From Lama guanicoe (taxonomy: Eukaryota): a stretch of 64,000 nt of DNA. This document shows, one piece after another, positions 27,700 through 40,934 of this stretch; positions within the stretch are counted from its first letter, which is position 1; every line of letters begins with the position of its first letter. The notes below the pieces were generated by a model, which saw only the letters and a program-made list of their open reading frames with translations, had not been told where the DNA came from and did no database searches. The DNA is taken from assembly GCA_013239625.1 (NCBI GenBank), contig MU056029.1, positions 1,178,001 to 1,242,000 of the forward strand, read 5' to 3'. A program made the position numbers and the translations under genes.

Positions 27700-28620
27700 T
27701 TTGGTAAATTATTAAGGTATGAAACATATCACTGTTTTAAGAAAGAACATGTTTAAAAGGATAAATAAAATTTCAACAGCTGAAGAAAAAATTAGTGAGC
27801 TGGACGATCATGTTGAAGGACTCTCAACGGCAGGATTAAAAGATAAGGCGCTAATAATGCAAAGGAATAGCAAAGATACACGGACTACGGAAGTGCAGGT
27901 GCCAACCTCTGGGTAGTGGGAGGTATCAGAAATGGAGGAAAAATTATTTGATAAAATGAGAACGAATTTCCAAGAATTAAATAAGAAATACTTTAGATTA
28001 AATAAACGAATTTCCGCTACATTTTTAGAACTATTGTAAAGCCACAGTAATCTAATCTAGACAGTATTTTATTGGTGAAGGTATAGACACATAGATCAAT
28101 TGAATAGAATGGAAAGTCAAGAAAATAAATACTAAAGAATCTGGTCAAATGATTGTCAACCAAAGACCAGCTTTCCAGCAGACAGAACATTCATATGTAA
28201 ACCTGAATTTCAACCTAACCCTCACAGCTTATACAAAAACTATCTCAAAATTAATCATATATCTATATTTTCATGTACCTAAAATTGTCCACTTTAGAAA
28301 TTTAGGGGAAAAAATGTAAGAAATAATCTTCATGACCTGAGAGTAGGCAAAGACTTTTTAGACATGGTGCTAAAAGCACAGTTCATTATAAAATGACAAA
28401 CTGTGCTTAATAAACATTTAAAGCATTAGGTTAAGAAATAAAATGTTTAAAAAAGTGAAATGACAAGTTACGTATTTGCAGAAAACATTTGTCAGCCTCA
28501 TGTACAACAAAGGACTTCAGAGTGTATAAAGGACTCTCAAAATTCTTCTGTAAGACAGCAAACAACTCAATTAAAACTGAGCAAAAGACAGCCACTTCAG
28601 CAAACAGGATATACAGACGG
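27700..28620 (+). mobile_element. Old L1 ORF1/ORF2 fragments
   Basis: 'STAEEKISELDD' (ORF1) and 'gacacatagatcaattgaatagaat' (ORF2). Confidence 0.65.
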
Positions 28621-29420
28621 CACACAAAACGGTGTGCGGCCACACAGGTGTGTTAGAAGTCGTGCTGCTGTTTAATCTTCTCAGTGTCCGTGGAGTCCTT
28701 TGCAATGTCGACCAACAGTTACCAGGGAAAGGAAAGGCCTGGGAGACCGTACAGAACTGCTCTGCAACAGTGCCCTTTCCGATCCTCTGTCCTGCCCCAT
28801 CTCACATTTCCTCCTGAGGCCCTGAAACTCCCCTAATCTTCCCAGGGATGAGAAACTTATTTATTTATTTATTTTGCTAAGAAAACTAGCTTTGGAGGAA
28901 ATGGCTAGCAAAATGGATTTCTCAGCAAAATGAAGCCCTTTTAACGCCATCAATTCCAACGTGAGGGAAGCTGCCTTTTGAAAAAGTCTAGCGCGGCGGG
29001 TAATCCTCATGGCAAAGAGAAAGCTACAAAATCAATTTGGGTCTGGAAGTATTTGTTGTAAAATCAAGCTGGCGCTTACCATCAAGGGCATCTCTGTGAC
29101 TGACCAAAGAACACATTTAGCAGAAGCACGCATTCGCTCTGTGAAAGGCAGTCATCCCTCATTTCCAGCTCAGCCTCTTCTGCACCCCCAACACCACCCA
29201 CTTTTAAATGTTTTTTTTAACTGCTTTTCTCATTATAAAATTAATTTGCATCTATTACAGATGTAGTCCATATGAATTTTACAGTCACAGAAAATTCTGG
29301 TGTGCAAACATGCAGTTTTATTTATTTAATTCAAATGAATTTCTCATCCCAAGCACCAGTCTGCCAAATGCAGACAATTCATAGTATCCAGGGAATCCCA
29401 TCAGTCACTTCTACAACTTC

Positions 29421-29935
29421 TGTAAAAGAACAAATCTGACTCCATATTAGATCTGTTCCTTTGGCTTTAACCCTGTGCCCTGTTTCCTAGGCTCAGTCTT
29501 GCTGGTTCTGCATCTTTTGTAAAACAATGTTGTCTTTAGCCTGAAATAGACAGGAGAGCCTATTCTCAAGGCTCTGACCTTTAAGGATATTAGCACTTTT
29601 TCCATTCATATGAAGATAAAAAGTTGCAGAATAGAAAACAACATTCGTTTTGTTGGAGGTTTACAGGGGCACCATGATCTGACCTACCTGGACAGCTGCA
29701 GGAACAAAGGATTCTGACACCAAGAAGTTCGCAACAACTAACCACCCCCCTCTCCTTTCAGTATAAAAGGATCCTGAGTTCTGACTTAAGTAGGATGGTT
29801 CTCCAAGATGTTAGTCTGCCATCCTCTTGATCTGCTGGCTTTCCAAATAAAGTCGCTATTCTTTGTCCCAACACCGCATCTCCCCGTTTATTGGCCTGTC
29901 ATGCAGTGAGCAGAACAAGTTTGGACTCGGTAACA
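29421..29935 (+). mobile_element. ERV1 solo LTR
   Basis: TGTAA...TAACA termini, TATAAAA and AATAAA present, 4-bp flanks CTTC/CTTT, no PBS after it. A second copy lies at 45146-45623. Confidence 0.85.
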
Positions 29936-31199
29936 CTTTGATTCAGGATGTGAAACGCCTTTGGTTCTGAGTGGGCTCCTTCCTGTCTCTCCTGGCTCCT
30001 GGGGCAAGGGTGACCCCTGGGGGAGGAGGAGACCCCAAGGTAACAGTCCTTTCTTATGGGCTGCAGCACAGTGTTGATCGATGACAGAACAGTGCTTCCC
30101 CCGCTTGACGGCAGAAGCTAGGTGTTCCAGGGTCTTCAAACTCCCATAAACCCGAGCCTTCTCTTTAGGAATTGTATCCCCTTGCCTGGGGCTGGTTTAG
30201 GTGAAGGTGAATGGCCCAGTCTTTGCCCGTGAGACTTCTGCGAAGGTTTTTAGGCGTCTTCTGTAAAATGTTTGTCTCCTAATAAATATAATCCATCCTT
30301 ATTCTGCGTTTTTCATACCAGTCAGAAACCCTGAGGCATGATGTCTGATCCATAGCACCCCACTTTGCCCGGATGTCTCCCTCTTGCTCCAGCCTGGACT
30401 GGCTGCTTCCCTCGCCTGCTAGCAAGCTCTGATCAGCGGACGTTTTGTCATGAATCTGTGGGTTAGATACACTTTCCTGAATCTCAGATTTCTTTTTTTC
30501 CTTGGTTTACTCACCAATTTTACAGAAGTACTTGCTCAAGTAAATTCTTCAACATGGCAAATGGAAGGATAAATTGGGAATTCAACATTTACCCCTTTGC
30601 GGAAGTGATGGAAACGTTACCCATCTTGATAGTGGTGGTGGTTTCATGGGTATATACATCTACCAAAATCAATCAAATTGTACTCTGAATTATATGTGTA
30701 TTTACTATACAGGAATCATATAGCAATAAAGAGGTTTTCAAAATGGCATATGGAAGTTGTTTCTGATAGGATGGTCTGGATTACTAGTAGCACAATATGT
30801 TTGAGGGAAAAAGGAGGATTTAATCATTGTTTACCTAAGGGGTGTATAAATTGGGTAGAGGGGTACACATTTGATCAGGACTCTGGGACTGTCTTTCAGC
30901 CTCATTCTGATGCTTCTGTTCTCAGGCTAACTGTCCTGGGAGCAAATGGGACAAAGCTGCCCAGACTTCACATCCATACATCTTCCCATCCAGAAGCTGA
31001 CTGAGAAAGTCTTATCCATTCAGAGTCCTCACATCTGAGTCAATCAGTGCAGTCAAGTGAGGGAACATGCTCCTTTCTTCCTGCCTCTTTCAGTGTAATT
31101 ATGTCATCTATTTGTAACAGAGTCAGATGCATTTGTCATAGTCTACATTCAGTCTTGCCTTTCATCAACATTCTGGCTGATTTTGGAATTATGGAATAA

Positions 31200-33669
31200 A
31201 ATAAAAATTCACTCTTTATGGTGTATAGTTCTGCCTAATATCCACCAATGAAGTACTATATAGAAAAGAAAAATTGCCCCCATAAATTGTTGTTGTCAAC
31301 CCCTCCCCCACCACCAACCCAGGCAACCCCACATCTGTCCTCTGATGCTACAGCATTGCCTCTTCCAAAATGTCATATAAATTGAAAGAAACAATATATT
31401 GTCCTTGGGTTTTGGTTTCTTTCACTTAGTAAAATTCACCCATGTTGTATGAATCAAAGCATCATTGACTTTTTTTTAATTGAAATGTAGTCAGTTATAA
31501 TGTGTCAATTGCTGCTGTGCAGCACAATACCCCAGTCAAGCATGTATATACATATATTCACTTTCATATTATTTTTCATTAAAGATTATTACAAGATATT
31601 GAATATAGTTCCCTGTATACAGAAGAAACTTGTTTTAATCTATTTTTGTATATAGTGGCGAACATTTGTAAATCTCAGATTCCCAAATTTATCCCTTCCA
31701 CATACTTTTCCTTAAACATAAGATTTTTACTATGTCTGCAAGTCTGTTTCTGTTTTGCAGATGAGTTCACTAGTGTCTTTTTTTTTCTTTCATCATTACT
31801 TTTTATGACAGAGTAGTGTTACGTTTTGTAGACCTACCACAGGTTGTTTATCCTTTCATCTGCTGAAGGACACCTGGGTTGCTTCCATCTTTGGCAAGCA
31901 TGAAATGAATACATATGTATATGTATGACTGAACTATTATACTGTATGCCAGAAATTGACACAACATTGTAAACTAAATACATTTCAAATTTTTTTGAAG
32001 TTAAAAAAAGCAGCTCTAAACATTCATGTACAGGGTTTTGTATGAATATTTTCCTTCCACTTGCATAAATATCTAGAAGTGGGGTTCCAAGGATATATAA
32101 AATATACATATATTTTAAACATATAAATTTATGTTTAATTTTATAAGACTCTGCCAAAATGCCTTTTGCTGAAGGTTAGTTTATCAATTTTTCTTTCTAT
32201 GAATAATGTCTTTAATGTCATGTCTAAAATTAATTTTTCTGAAACCAAACACACAGATTTTTCCCTTTTTTCTTCTAGAAGTGCTATCATTTTATATTTT
32301 ACACTCAGATTCACAGTTCATTTAGAATTAATTCTGTATAAGGTATGAAACATGTAAATATGTGTCAAGGTTTATGGGGTTTTTTTGCATATAGATGTCC
32401 TATTGTCAAGCACTATTGGTAGGAAATACTGTTCTTTTTCATTTGAATTATTTTTGCACTTTTGTCAAAAGTAAATTGACCTGACTTGTGTTAGTATATT
32501 TCTAGACTCTTTATTCTGTTTCATTGATTTATGTGTTTAAATTATCATCATTTCTACAGCCTTAATTACTATAGCTTTATCGTAAATCTTAAAATCAGGT
32601 AGTGTAGACACTTCAAATTTGTTCTTTTTAGAAATTGTCTTTGTGATACTATTCCTTTCACTTTCCACATATTTTAAATTAAGCTTGTCACTGTCTACCA
32701 AAAACATGGCTGAGATTTTAACTGAAATTACATTAGGTCAAATTGAGGAGAATTGACGTTTTAATATTATTGAGTCTTTCAGTCTATGAGCATGGTATGT
32801 CTCCATTTATTTATGTATTCTTTTATTCCTTCCATCAGTGTTTTGTAATTATATGTGTACTCTACATATATTTTGTTACATACGTACATAAGAAATATTT
32901 TGATGTACTGTAAATAATATTTTTAATTTAAATATCTAATTGTTAAATTGCTATTATATAAAAATAATATTGACTTTTGTATATTGATCTTAATTCTTGA
33001 GACGATGATCAACTTACTTACTCTAGGAGTTTTGGGGTTTTTTTTTGTAGATTCTTCCAAGTTTTCTAGACAATCATCTCACATGATTTATTTTTCATTT
33101 ATAACACATAGGCCTCTTCTTGACTCACTGTGCTGTTAGGTGTTCCAAAGCAATGTTGATTAGGAGTATTTTGAAAGAACCTTCTTGCCGCCTTTCAGCT
33201 CCAAGGGTGGAAGCGTTCATTCTTTCACCATTAAGACTGAGGTTAGCTATTGACACATTGTTACTGACTGTACTTCAATTAAAAAACAAGATTAAAGTTA
33301 GCTGTAGGTCTTTTGTAGATATCCTTGACTAGGTGAAGGAGATGCCCTTCAATTTTTAGCTTTCTAAGAGTTTTGCATTTGCTTATTCGTCTTAGTCATA
33401 TAAAGTTCACGTAAGGTGAAATCCCATGTTTTAACTCAGTGGTTTTTAGTGCTTTCACACCTTTGTATAGCCATGACTACTATCATTCAGAATATGTCCA
33501 AATCCCCAAAATAAAACTCTGCTTCCCAATTTACCCCTTTCACACCCCTGGGCAACCATCCTGGATGTTTTAAATAAATGGAATGATATAATATGTTCTT
33601 TTTGTATTTAGCTTCTTTCATGTAACATACTTTGAAGATTCATCCTTTTCGTAACAAGTATCACTACTT

Positions 33670-33709
<40 letters not shown>

Positions 33710-34380
33710 TGTGGCTAAATAATATTCCATCTTCTGGATACAACACATTTGGTTTATCTAGTCATCAATTGCTTGCTGTTTGGGCCATTTCTACTCTACG
33801 AATTTTCATATACATGTTTTTGTATGGAAATAAGTTGTCAGTTCTTTTGGACGTATTCTTAGGAGTTGCTGGGTCATATGGTCGCTCTGTTTTAACTTTT
33901 TGAGGAACTGTCAAACTGTTTTCCATGGTGGCTATATAATACTTTACATTTTTACCAGCAATGTTGTAAGGGTTCCAATTTCTCTGTCTTCTAACCAGCA
34001 CTTCTTATTTGTCTTTTTTAAGTTATTATAGACATCTACGTGGCAGTGAAATGGTACATTATTGTAGTTTTGATTTCATTTCCCTAAAGACCAATACTGT
34101 TGAGCATCCTTTCATGTACTTCTTGGTATTTGTATAAATTCTTTGAAGAAATGTGTATTCAAATCCTTAGCCCATTTAAAAACCTGTGTTATTCATCACA
34201 GGCTGATCTGGATGACATAGTTTTATTGCTGAGTTTTAAAAGTTCTGTTTATGTTCTGTATGCTAGACTCTTACCAGGTATCTGATTTGCAGATCTTTCT
34301 CCCATTCAGTGGGTTGTCATTTCCCTTTCTTGGTGGCATACTTTGATGCACAAAAGTTTTTCAGTTTGATGAAGTCTAAT
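31200..34380 (-). mobile_element. Mosaic of old L1 3'/ORF2 fragments with nested young L1 tails (31474-31790, ~31900-32005, 33249-33287)
   Basis: Reverse-strand L1 text. TSDs catcatt(g)actttt (31460/31791) and aagactgaggttagct / aagattaaagttagct (33233/33288). Confidence 0.8.
33672..33707 (+). repeat. (TG)18 microsatellite
   Basis: Read directly from the sequence. Confidence 0.95.
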
Positions 34381-34384
34381 TAAT

Positions 34385-35938
34385 TCCACCCATCATTCAT
34401 CCTACTCCCTTCTAGCAAACATCCTTTTGTTGTCTATGAGTCTTTTTTTATTTTGTTTTGTTTGTTTGGTTGGTTTTGGTACTTAGATTCCACATACAAA
34501 GGAGATCATGCAGAATTTGTTTCTCTATCTGACATATTTCAATTAGCATAATACCCTGTAGATCCATCCACGTTGTTGCAATTAGCAGAATTCCATCTTT
34601 TTTAAGGCTGAATAATATTCCATTGTGTGTGTCTTTATTCATTTGTCTATCCATGGACACTTAAATTGTTTCCATATCTTTGCTGCTGTAAGTAAGATTG
34701 CAGTGAACATTGGCATGCCCACATTTTTCAAATTAGTGTTTTTATTTTCTTCAGGTAAATACCCCAAAATTAAACCACTAGATTTTATGGCCATTCTATT
34801 TTTAATTTCTAAGGAAGCTCTATAGAGTTTTACATAGTGGCTACACCAATTTAAAATCACATCAACAGTGCATGAAGATTTCCTTTTCTATACATCTTCA
34901 GCAACATTTTTTATTTGTTGTCTTTTTTATGATAGGCATGAGGTGGTATCTCATTGTGGTGTTGATTTGAAATTCTCTGATGATCGGTGATGTTGAGCAT
35001 CTTTTTTTGTGTTTGTTGGCCATCTCTATGTCTTCTTTGGAAAAATGTCAAGTCCTCTACCCATCTTTTCATTGCGTTATTTGTTTCTTTGATGTTGAGT
35101 TGCATGAGTTCTTTGTATATTTTAGATATTAAACTCTTGTCAGAGATATTGTTTGCAAATAAATATCTTCTCCCATTCATAGGCTGCGTTTTGACTTTGC
35201 TGATAGTTTCCTTCACTGTGCATAAGCTTGTCAGTTTGGTATTGTCCTCTTTGTTTGTTTTTGCTTTTTTTTGTAAGGGAACTTGTCTGAGAAGACATAG
35301 CCAAAAATATATTGCTAAGACTAATGTAAAAGAGCACATTGATTATGTTTTCTTCTAGTAGTTTTATGGTCTCAGGTCTTACATTTAAGTCATTATTTCA
35401 CTTTGAGTATACTTTTGTATGTGATGTGAGAAAGCAGTTCAGTTTGATTCTTTTGTATGTAGCTGCCCAGTTTTCCCAACACCATTAATTGAAGAGACAG
35501 TCTTTTATCTGTTGTATATTATTGTTTCCTTTATTGTAGATTCATTGCCCAATAAGCATAAATTCATTTCTGGGCTCTTTATACTGCTTCTGATCTATGT
35601 GTCTGTTTTTGTGCCAGTACCATACTGTTTTGATTACTGTAGCTTTATAGTATAGTTTGAAATCAGGGAGCATGATTCCTCCAGCTTTGTGCTTATTCCT
35701 CGAGATTGTATTTGTGGTCGTTTGTTTTTCCATACAAATTTTAGAATTATTTGTTCCAGTTCTGTGAAAAATGCCACTGATGTTTTGATAGGGATTGCAT
35801 TGAATCTATAGGATGCCTTCAGTAATATGATCATTTTAACTATTAATTTTTCCAGTGCATCAGCCTGGTATATCTTCCTTTTGTTTTTGTCATCTTCAGT
35901 TTTTTTCATCAAGGTCTTATGGTTTTCTGAGTGGAGAA
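34385..35938 (-). mobile_element. 5'-truncated L1, ORF2 C-terminus
   Basis: '[27 protein letters not shown]', '[32 protein letters not shown]', 'ATTWMDLQGIML'. Confidence 0.9.
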
Positions 35939-36860
35939 ACACTTCTCTAGACTGGGGCTGAAACTGTTCCAGTCCTAATTGACACTGGAGTCTCACTCTT
36001 GGTGCTCAACCCACTACTATAAAGTAGTTCCTGCCTCAGCATGTGAAAACAGCTCAAATAGTGCATCTCTAATAAACCTCAAGAGGTTCTTGTCTCTGAA
36101 CCTCTTCTGTTCTGTTTAGGTCCTTTGAGAGATATGCACCCTTTTCCTCTCCTTTATTAGGAGAAGAATCTAACTATTCTTAGAAAAGTACCATGCTGGA
36201 ATTTCTTTCTCCAAAGAGGGAAATTATTCTAGAATTTGACAGTAGTTATCAAAGTAAACAACCAGGTGAATTAAATGACCTTCTGACATCTTTTGTTTGT
36301 TTTGTCTCTGATGGTCCTAGAGCTCATTCTGGAAACACTGATCATTTGTCCCTGTTGAGTCAGCTACCACTTTCCTCATGGGCAAAATCACCAATTGATG
36401 TTGGCAAGATCATAGCATATCTCCATCAAAATTCAAATAGACCCTTCAAAATCTTTTCCCAGAATTAATCAATATCTTATAAGTAAAGAAGCCCTTCAAT
36501 GTGTGAAGCCCATTATGGAAGATTATAAGGTTCAGGGCCTCATTATCTCTTGTATCAGCCCCTGTAACATTCCCATTTTACCAGTGAGAAAACCTAAACG
36601 CCTCGGGTGGAGATTTGTCAAGGACCTCCAAGCAGTAAGTAACACTGTTATCTCTCACCACTCTGTTGTTTCTAACCTTTATACATCACTCACATCCATT
36701 CCCATTGCAAGTAAATTCTTTACTGCAATGGATTTACCCAGTATATTCTTCAGTATTACAGTTAATGAAGCTAGCCAAGACCTGTTTGCTTTCACTTGGG
36801 AAGAAAAACAGTTCACCTGGACAGAAATGCCTCAGGGTTATAGTGAAAGTTCTTCTTTTC

Positions 36861-37026
36861 AATTTCACATTTAATATTTTTAAAGAAAATTTTGTGGGAG
36901 GAGATAATTTGATATTTATTTATTTATTTATTTATTTATTTATTATTTTTAATGGAGGTGGTGGGGGTTGAACCCAAGACTTTATGCATGCTAGGCTCTA
37001 CCACTAAGCTGCACCCTCCCTCCTTG
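36861..37026 (-). mobile_element. Vic-1-like SINE inserted in ERV RT
   Basis: Reverse-strand SINE ('ggggttgaacccaagac...ctctaccactaagctgcaccctccc') with (ATTT)n tail. Imperfect TSD aagttcttcttttc / aagtctttcttctttttc. Confidence 0.85.
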
Positions 37027-38293
37027 CAAGTCTTTCTTCTTTTTCACAAATTGAAGGCTGATCTGGATGACATAGTTTCCTAGAGGTTCTACTGTGTTCC
37101 AATATGTGGATGATTTACTTCTTTACTCTCCTTCTTAAGCTGCCACACAGAAAGACAGTATCCACTTGCTATAGCTTTTAGCCTTAAAAAGACATAAGGT
37201 CACCAAAGAAAAATTACAATTTGCCCAAACCCAGGTTTGATATTTAGGGCATCAGATACTAGAACAAAGGCTACTCCTAGATCCAGATAGACGTCATAGT
37301 GTCCTAAGTTTCTCCAAATGCCGAACTAAGTGCCAACTGTGAGGTTTTCTCAGGCTAGTTGTTCATTGACAACATTGGATTCCAAATGTCTCTCTTATGG
37401 CCAAACCTCTACATGTTTTACTCAACAATAGCAAGCCCAACCCAAGGTTTTAAAGGAGAGTTTGATGAACCCAACTGCCCTTGGGGATTCCAATGATCAG
37501 ATTCCCTTTTTGCTTTTTGTATATAAAAAGGAAATGAATGCCCTTACAGTATTTACCCAAAAGCATGGGGACCACCATCAACCCATAGGTTATTATAGCG
37601 AGCAACTGGACCCTGTTGCACCCTGTGCTTTAGAGCCATTGTGACCACTGCCCTTTTGGTTAAGGCCACCAGGAAAACGCTGAATTCTTCTCACACAATG
37701 TTTTTCAGCCAGCCACCTCACCTCCTATGAAGCTCTTTTGTTAACTACTCCTAAGGTAACTCTTTCACACTGTAATCACATTAACATTCACCCAGCACCT
37801 CTTCTCCCCTCCATCACCAGTGAAGCATCTCAACTGCTTACCACTCATGGGCCACCTCCTGAGTCCTTTTGCTGATCTACAGGAAATTCCACTGGGTGGC
37901 GCTGGCTTCTGATGTTTTTTACTTAAAAGGAGACAGCGGTAAACGCTGTGCTGGGTAAGCTATTGCAACTCTTTTTAATATTGTTGAGGAAGCATCTTTT
38001 TCCTGTGGCTACATCTGTTCAACAGGCTGAATTATAAGCTCTTACATGGGGTTACACCTTAGCCAAGGACAAAATTGCCAAAATTTATGCTGATAGTAGA
38101 TATGCTTTTGGAGTAGTTCATGATTTTGGAAGCAATGTGGCTTCCTTACTTCCAATGGAAATAACATTTTAAATGTCCCCTATGTTCAGAAATTAAGTGC
38201 AGTATCTTACCTAGCACTTTAGCTGCTATCAAGATTCTGGGGCACTCTAAATGGCTCTCTGGATACTAGGGAAATCACCTTGCTGATATTTCT

Positions 38294-38968
38294 TTTTTTT
38301 TAATGAAATTGAAATATTCTTTATTTCCTACATTTTAATTTCCATATCTACATGGTTTACCTAAGAATAGACATAAATTTTCCATTAGAAAACACACACT
38401 CTTTAACACATTTTTATAGCCTGTCTGATGCTCAAATTTCTCTACCCATTTGCTATGTTCCTTTTCTGTCTTACCAAGTATTTTGCTTATTTGATATAGA
38501 CTCTACTCCAGCCGAGATATTCTGCATGCTTCTATGATTATTCTAGAAGTATTTGGTTCATTTTGTTATGTACATTTTATTTCTTCTAACTACAAAAGAA
38601 GCCCAGCCACTTTTCCCCACCAATTGGCTTAAGGTCCTAATATATTGCTATGTTAGGGTGATAATAAATGCAGATGATTTGTAAATATCACTAAATATAT
38701 ATTAGACTGTATACTAGCATGCATGGTCATTTTTATTTTATTAATAAAAGGATGCAGAAAAATTTGGATAGCACAATCATCTCTATGCAATGTTACAAGT
38801 CTTTCATAACACAGACGTGCACACAGGATGCCTTGTGGCTCCTCTGCCTACCCTCTGTCTTACACATGTTCTAGCTTTCTTTACGCACGTAGAACACAAA
38901 ACCCATGAATGGATGCAAAACTATTACACAGAGATATGTTTCAGTTCTACACATTAACAGCCCTGTAT
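38294..38968 (-). other. Polyadenylated retroposed unique sequence (3' UTR retrocopy or orphan transduction)
   Basis: polyT at 38293-38301, reverse-strand AATAAA at 38320-38325, TSD TATTTCT at 38287-38293 and 38969-38975. ERV pol resumes after it. Confidence 0.75.
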
Positions 38969-40605
38969 TATTTCTGCAAGTAGTGCTGCCCTTAAAAGAA
39001 GTAACAGTAGCCAAGTCTGTCATGTTCCAAAGAGATATTTCTTAAAATGGTAATTGAGAAAAACTGACTAGAGAGGCCCAATAATTGACCTCAGAAAAGG
39101 AAAAACAAGATTGGAAATTCAACAATTGTTGATTTGGTTAAAAAAAAAGAAAAAGAAAAAAGAGAAAGAGAGAGAAAGAGAGAGAGAGGGCTCTGGTTTG
39201 GACCAAATAGCAATCCAGTCCCACGAGAGACTACAATTTCCACTCCTCACCACCATACATGCATTAAACCGTCGGTCTACTGACAAAATGATAACCTTCA
39301 TGGATTAATATTGGCGGGGAACTATTAACTTCAAAAAGTCTCTACCTCACTTGTCCCATTTGTCCAAAGTACAACCCAGGGAAGGCTGTTTGTACTGCCT
39401 GCAGACATTTCAAACTGCCTAATGGACCATTAGAGGTCTGGCAAATGTATTTCACAGAACGTCCTCTTCTAATGGATATAAATATGTTTATGTCATGCTC
39501 TGTATGTTTTCATGCTGGACTGAAGCCTTCACTTGCGCACAGGCTCCTGCCTCTTCTGTGGCTAAAGTTCTTCTGGAAAAAGTTATCCCTTCTTGGGGAA
39601 CCCCTCTTGACCTTCATAGTGATTGAGAAACATTTTACTGGCCAAGCACTTCGACAAGTCAGTGCTGTTGGCTGATTTTACAGTAAGTTCACTGTGCTTA
39701 TCACCCTCAGTCTTCTGGTTTAGTCGAATGCAGTAACTGCACTGTTAAGGCTCCAGGTGGCAAAATTTGTATAGGGCCTCCAAAAGCATTGCCATTGGTC
39801 CTTCTAAATCTCACATCCACCCCCTTTTGGCAGTCATAAACTCTCATGCTTTGAGATAGTCACAGGATACCCATTGCACTTGGCTCCTGCCTCATTTGAA
39901 CCCCAGCTGATATAAGGAGATACTCTGATGTTGCAGAGGCCTATTGCTTCTATTAAAAATAACCATGTTTTTGTTAGAACAATCTATTCACAGTGTGTCC
40001 TCAGGAGACAAAGGCCTCCCAGCATCAGAGTTTTCTACCTACAGATTTCATCTTTTGGAAAAGATACTTTCAGAAGAACTCTCCTCAGTCTCACTGGAAA
40101 GGCTCCTATCAAGTACTGGTAACCAACCCTTGTGCCACCAAACTCCAAGGAATAGATTTTTAGATTCAGGTGACACACCTAAGGAAAGTGCCAAACCCTG
40201 AGTGGAGCAACATATCACCTGGTGACCGAAAAGTAAAGATTTCCTGGAATTGAAACAGATGATATCTGATGAGACAGCTTTCCCAAGATGTCCAGACCAG
40301 GTGGGCTGGAAATTTGTGGCCAAATCTTTGTTGATGACATAATGCTTTAGAAGGTCTCCAGTGTGTATGATCATAGTAACATGTGGACTGTAGCTAAAAA
40401 TTGCCTAAGCATTCTCCCTCCTACCCCTCATACTTACTCAATGTGACCTCAACAGGTTTCCATGCTGTGTACTTTCCCCCTGACGTGAGACACCACACCC
40501 AGGGGAGTTCCTTCTTGACACTGAGGAGCAAGAAGCCATTGAGACTAGGAAGCATGTCTCGGCCAGTGATCTTTTCAGAGATAGATCTCGATCAAAAGGA
40601 GGAAA

Positions 40606-40934
40606 TGTAAAAAAGTGAAAACAGAAACCTGGAATAAATAGAGTTGGGAGACCAGAAGGGGGCGTCCACAGGTCAGATGATAGCAGAAGCCAACAGGAAG
40701 AAGAAAGACTTCTTTCCAGACAAGGATTCAGCCAATGAAAAGCGATGGACTCTGTTTCCTGCAGCCCTCCCAACTTCCTTTTCCTTTCTGTAAAGGTGTT
40801 TTCCTTTCCTTGCTGTGGGGATTTGCATATGGCGCTCCATAGTTGCAGACCCCAAATTGCAATGGTCTGCTGATACCAAATAAACTCATCTTTGCTGGAG
40901 AAATATCTGGCAGTTTATTTGTTTCAGACTAACA
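40606..40934 (+). mobile_element. 3' LTR of the ERV
   Basis: TG directly after the PPT, AATAAA near 40879, ends '..ctaaca'. Confidence 0.85.

Larger units (their letters stand above)
35945..40605 (+). mobile_element. pol: Degenerate class I (gamma-like) ERV internal region: protease, RT, RNase H, integrase
   Basis: Protease LIDTG (DTG at 35981-35989). RT 'PCNIPILPVRKP..WRFVKDL', 'FAFTW..FTWTEMPQGY', YVDD at 37103-37114. RNase H 'IYADSRYAFGVVH'. Integrase CPIC, 'HCAYHPQSSGLVE', 'WKGSYQVL'. PPT aaaaggaggaaa at 40594-40605. Many frameshifts and stops. Confidence 0.92.
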
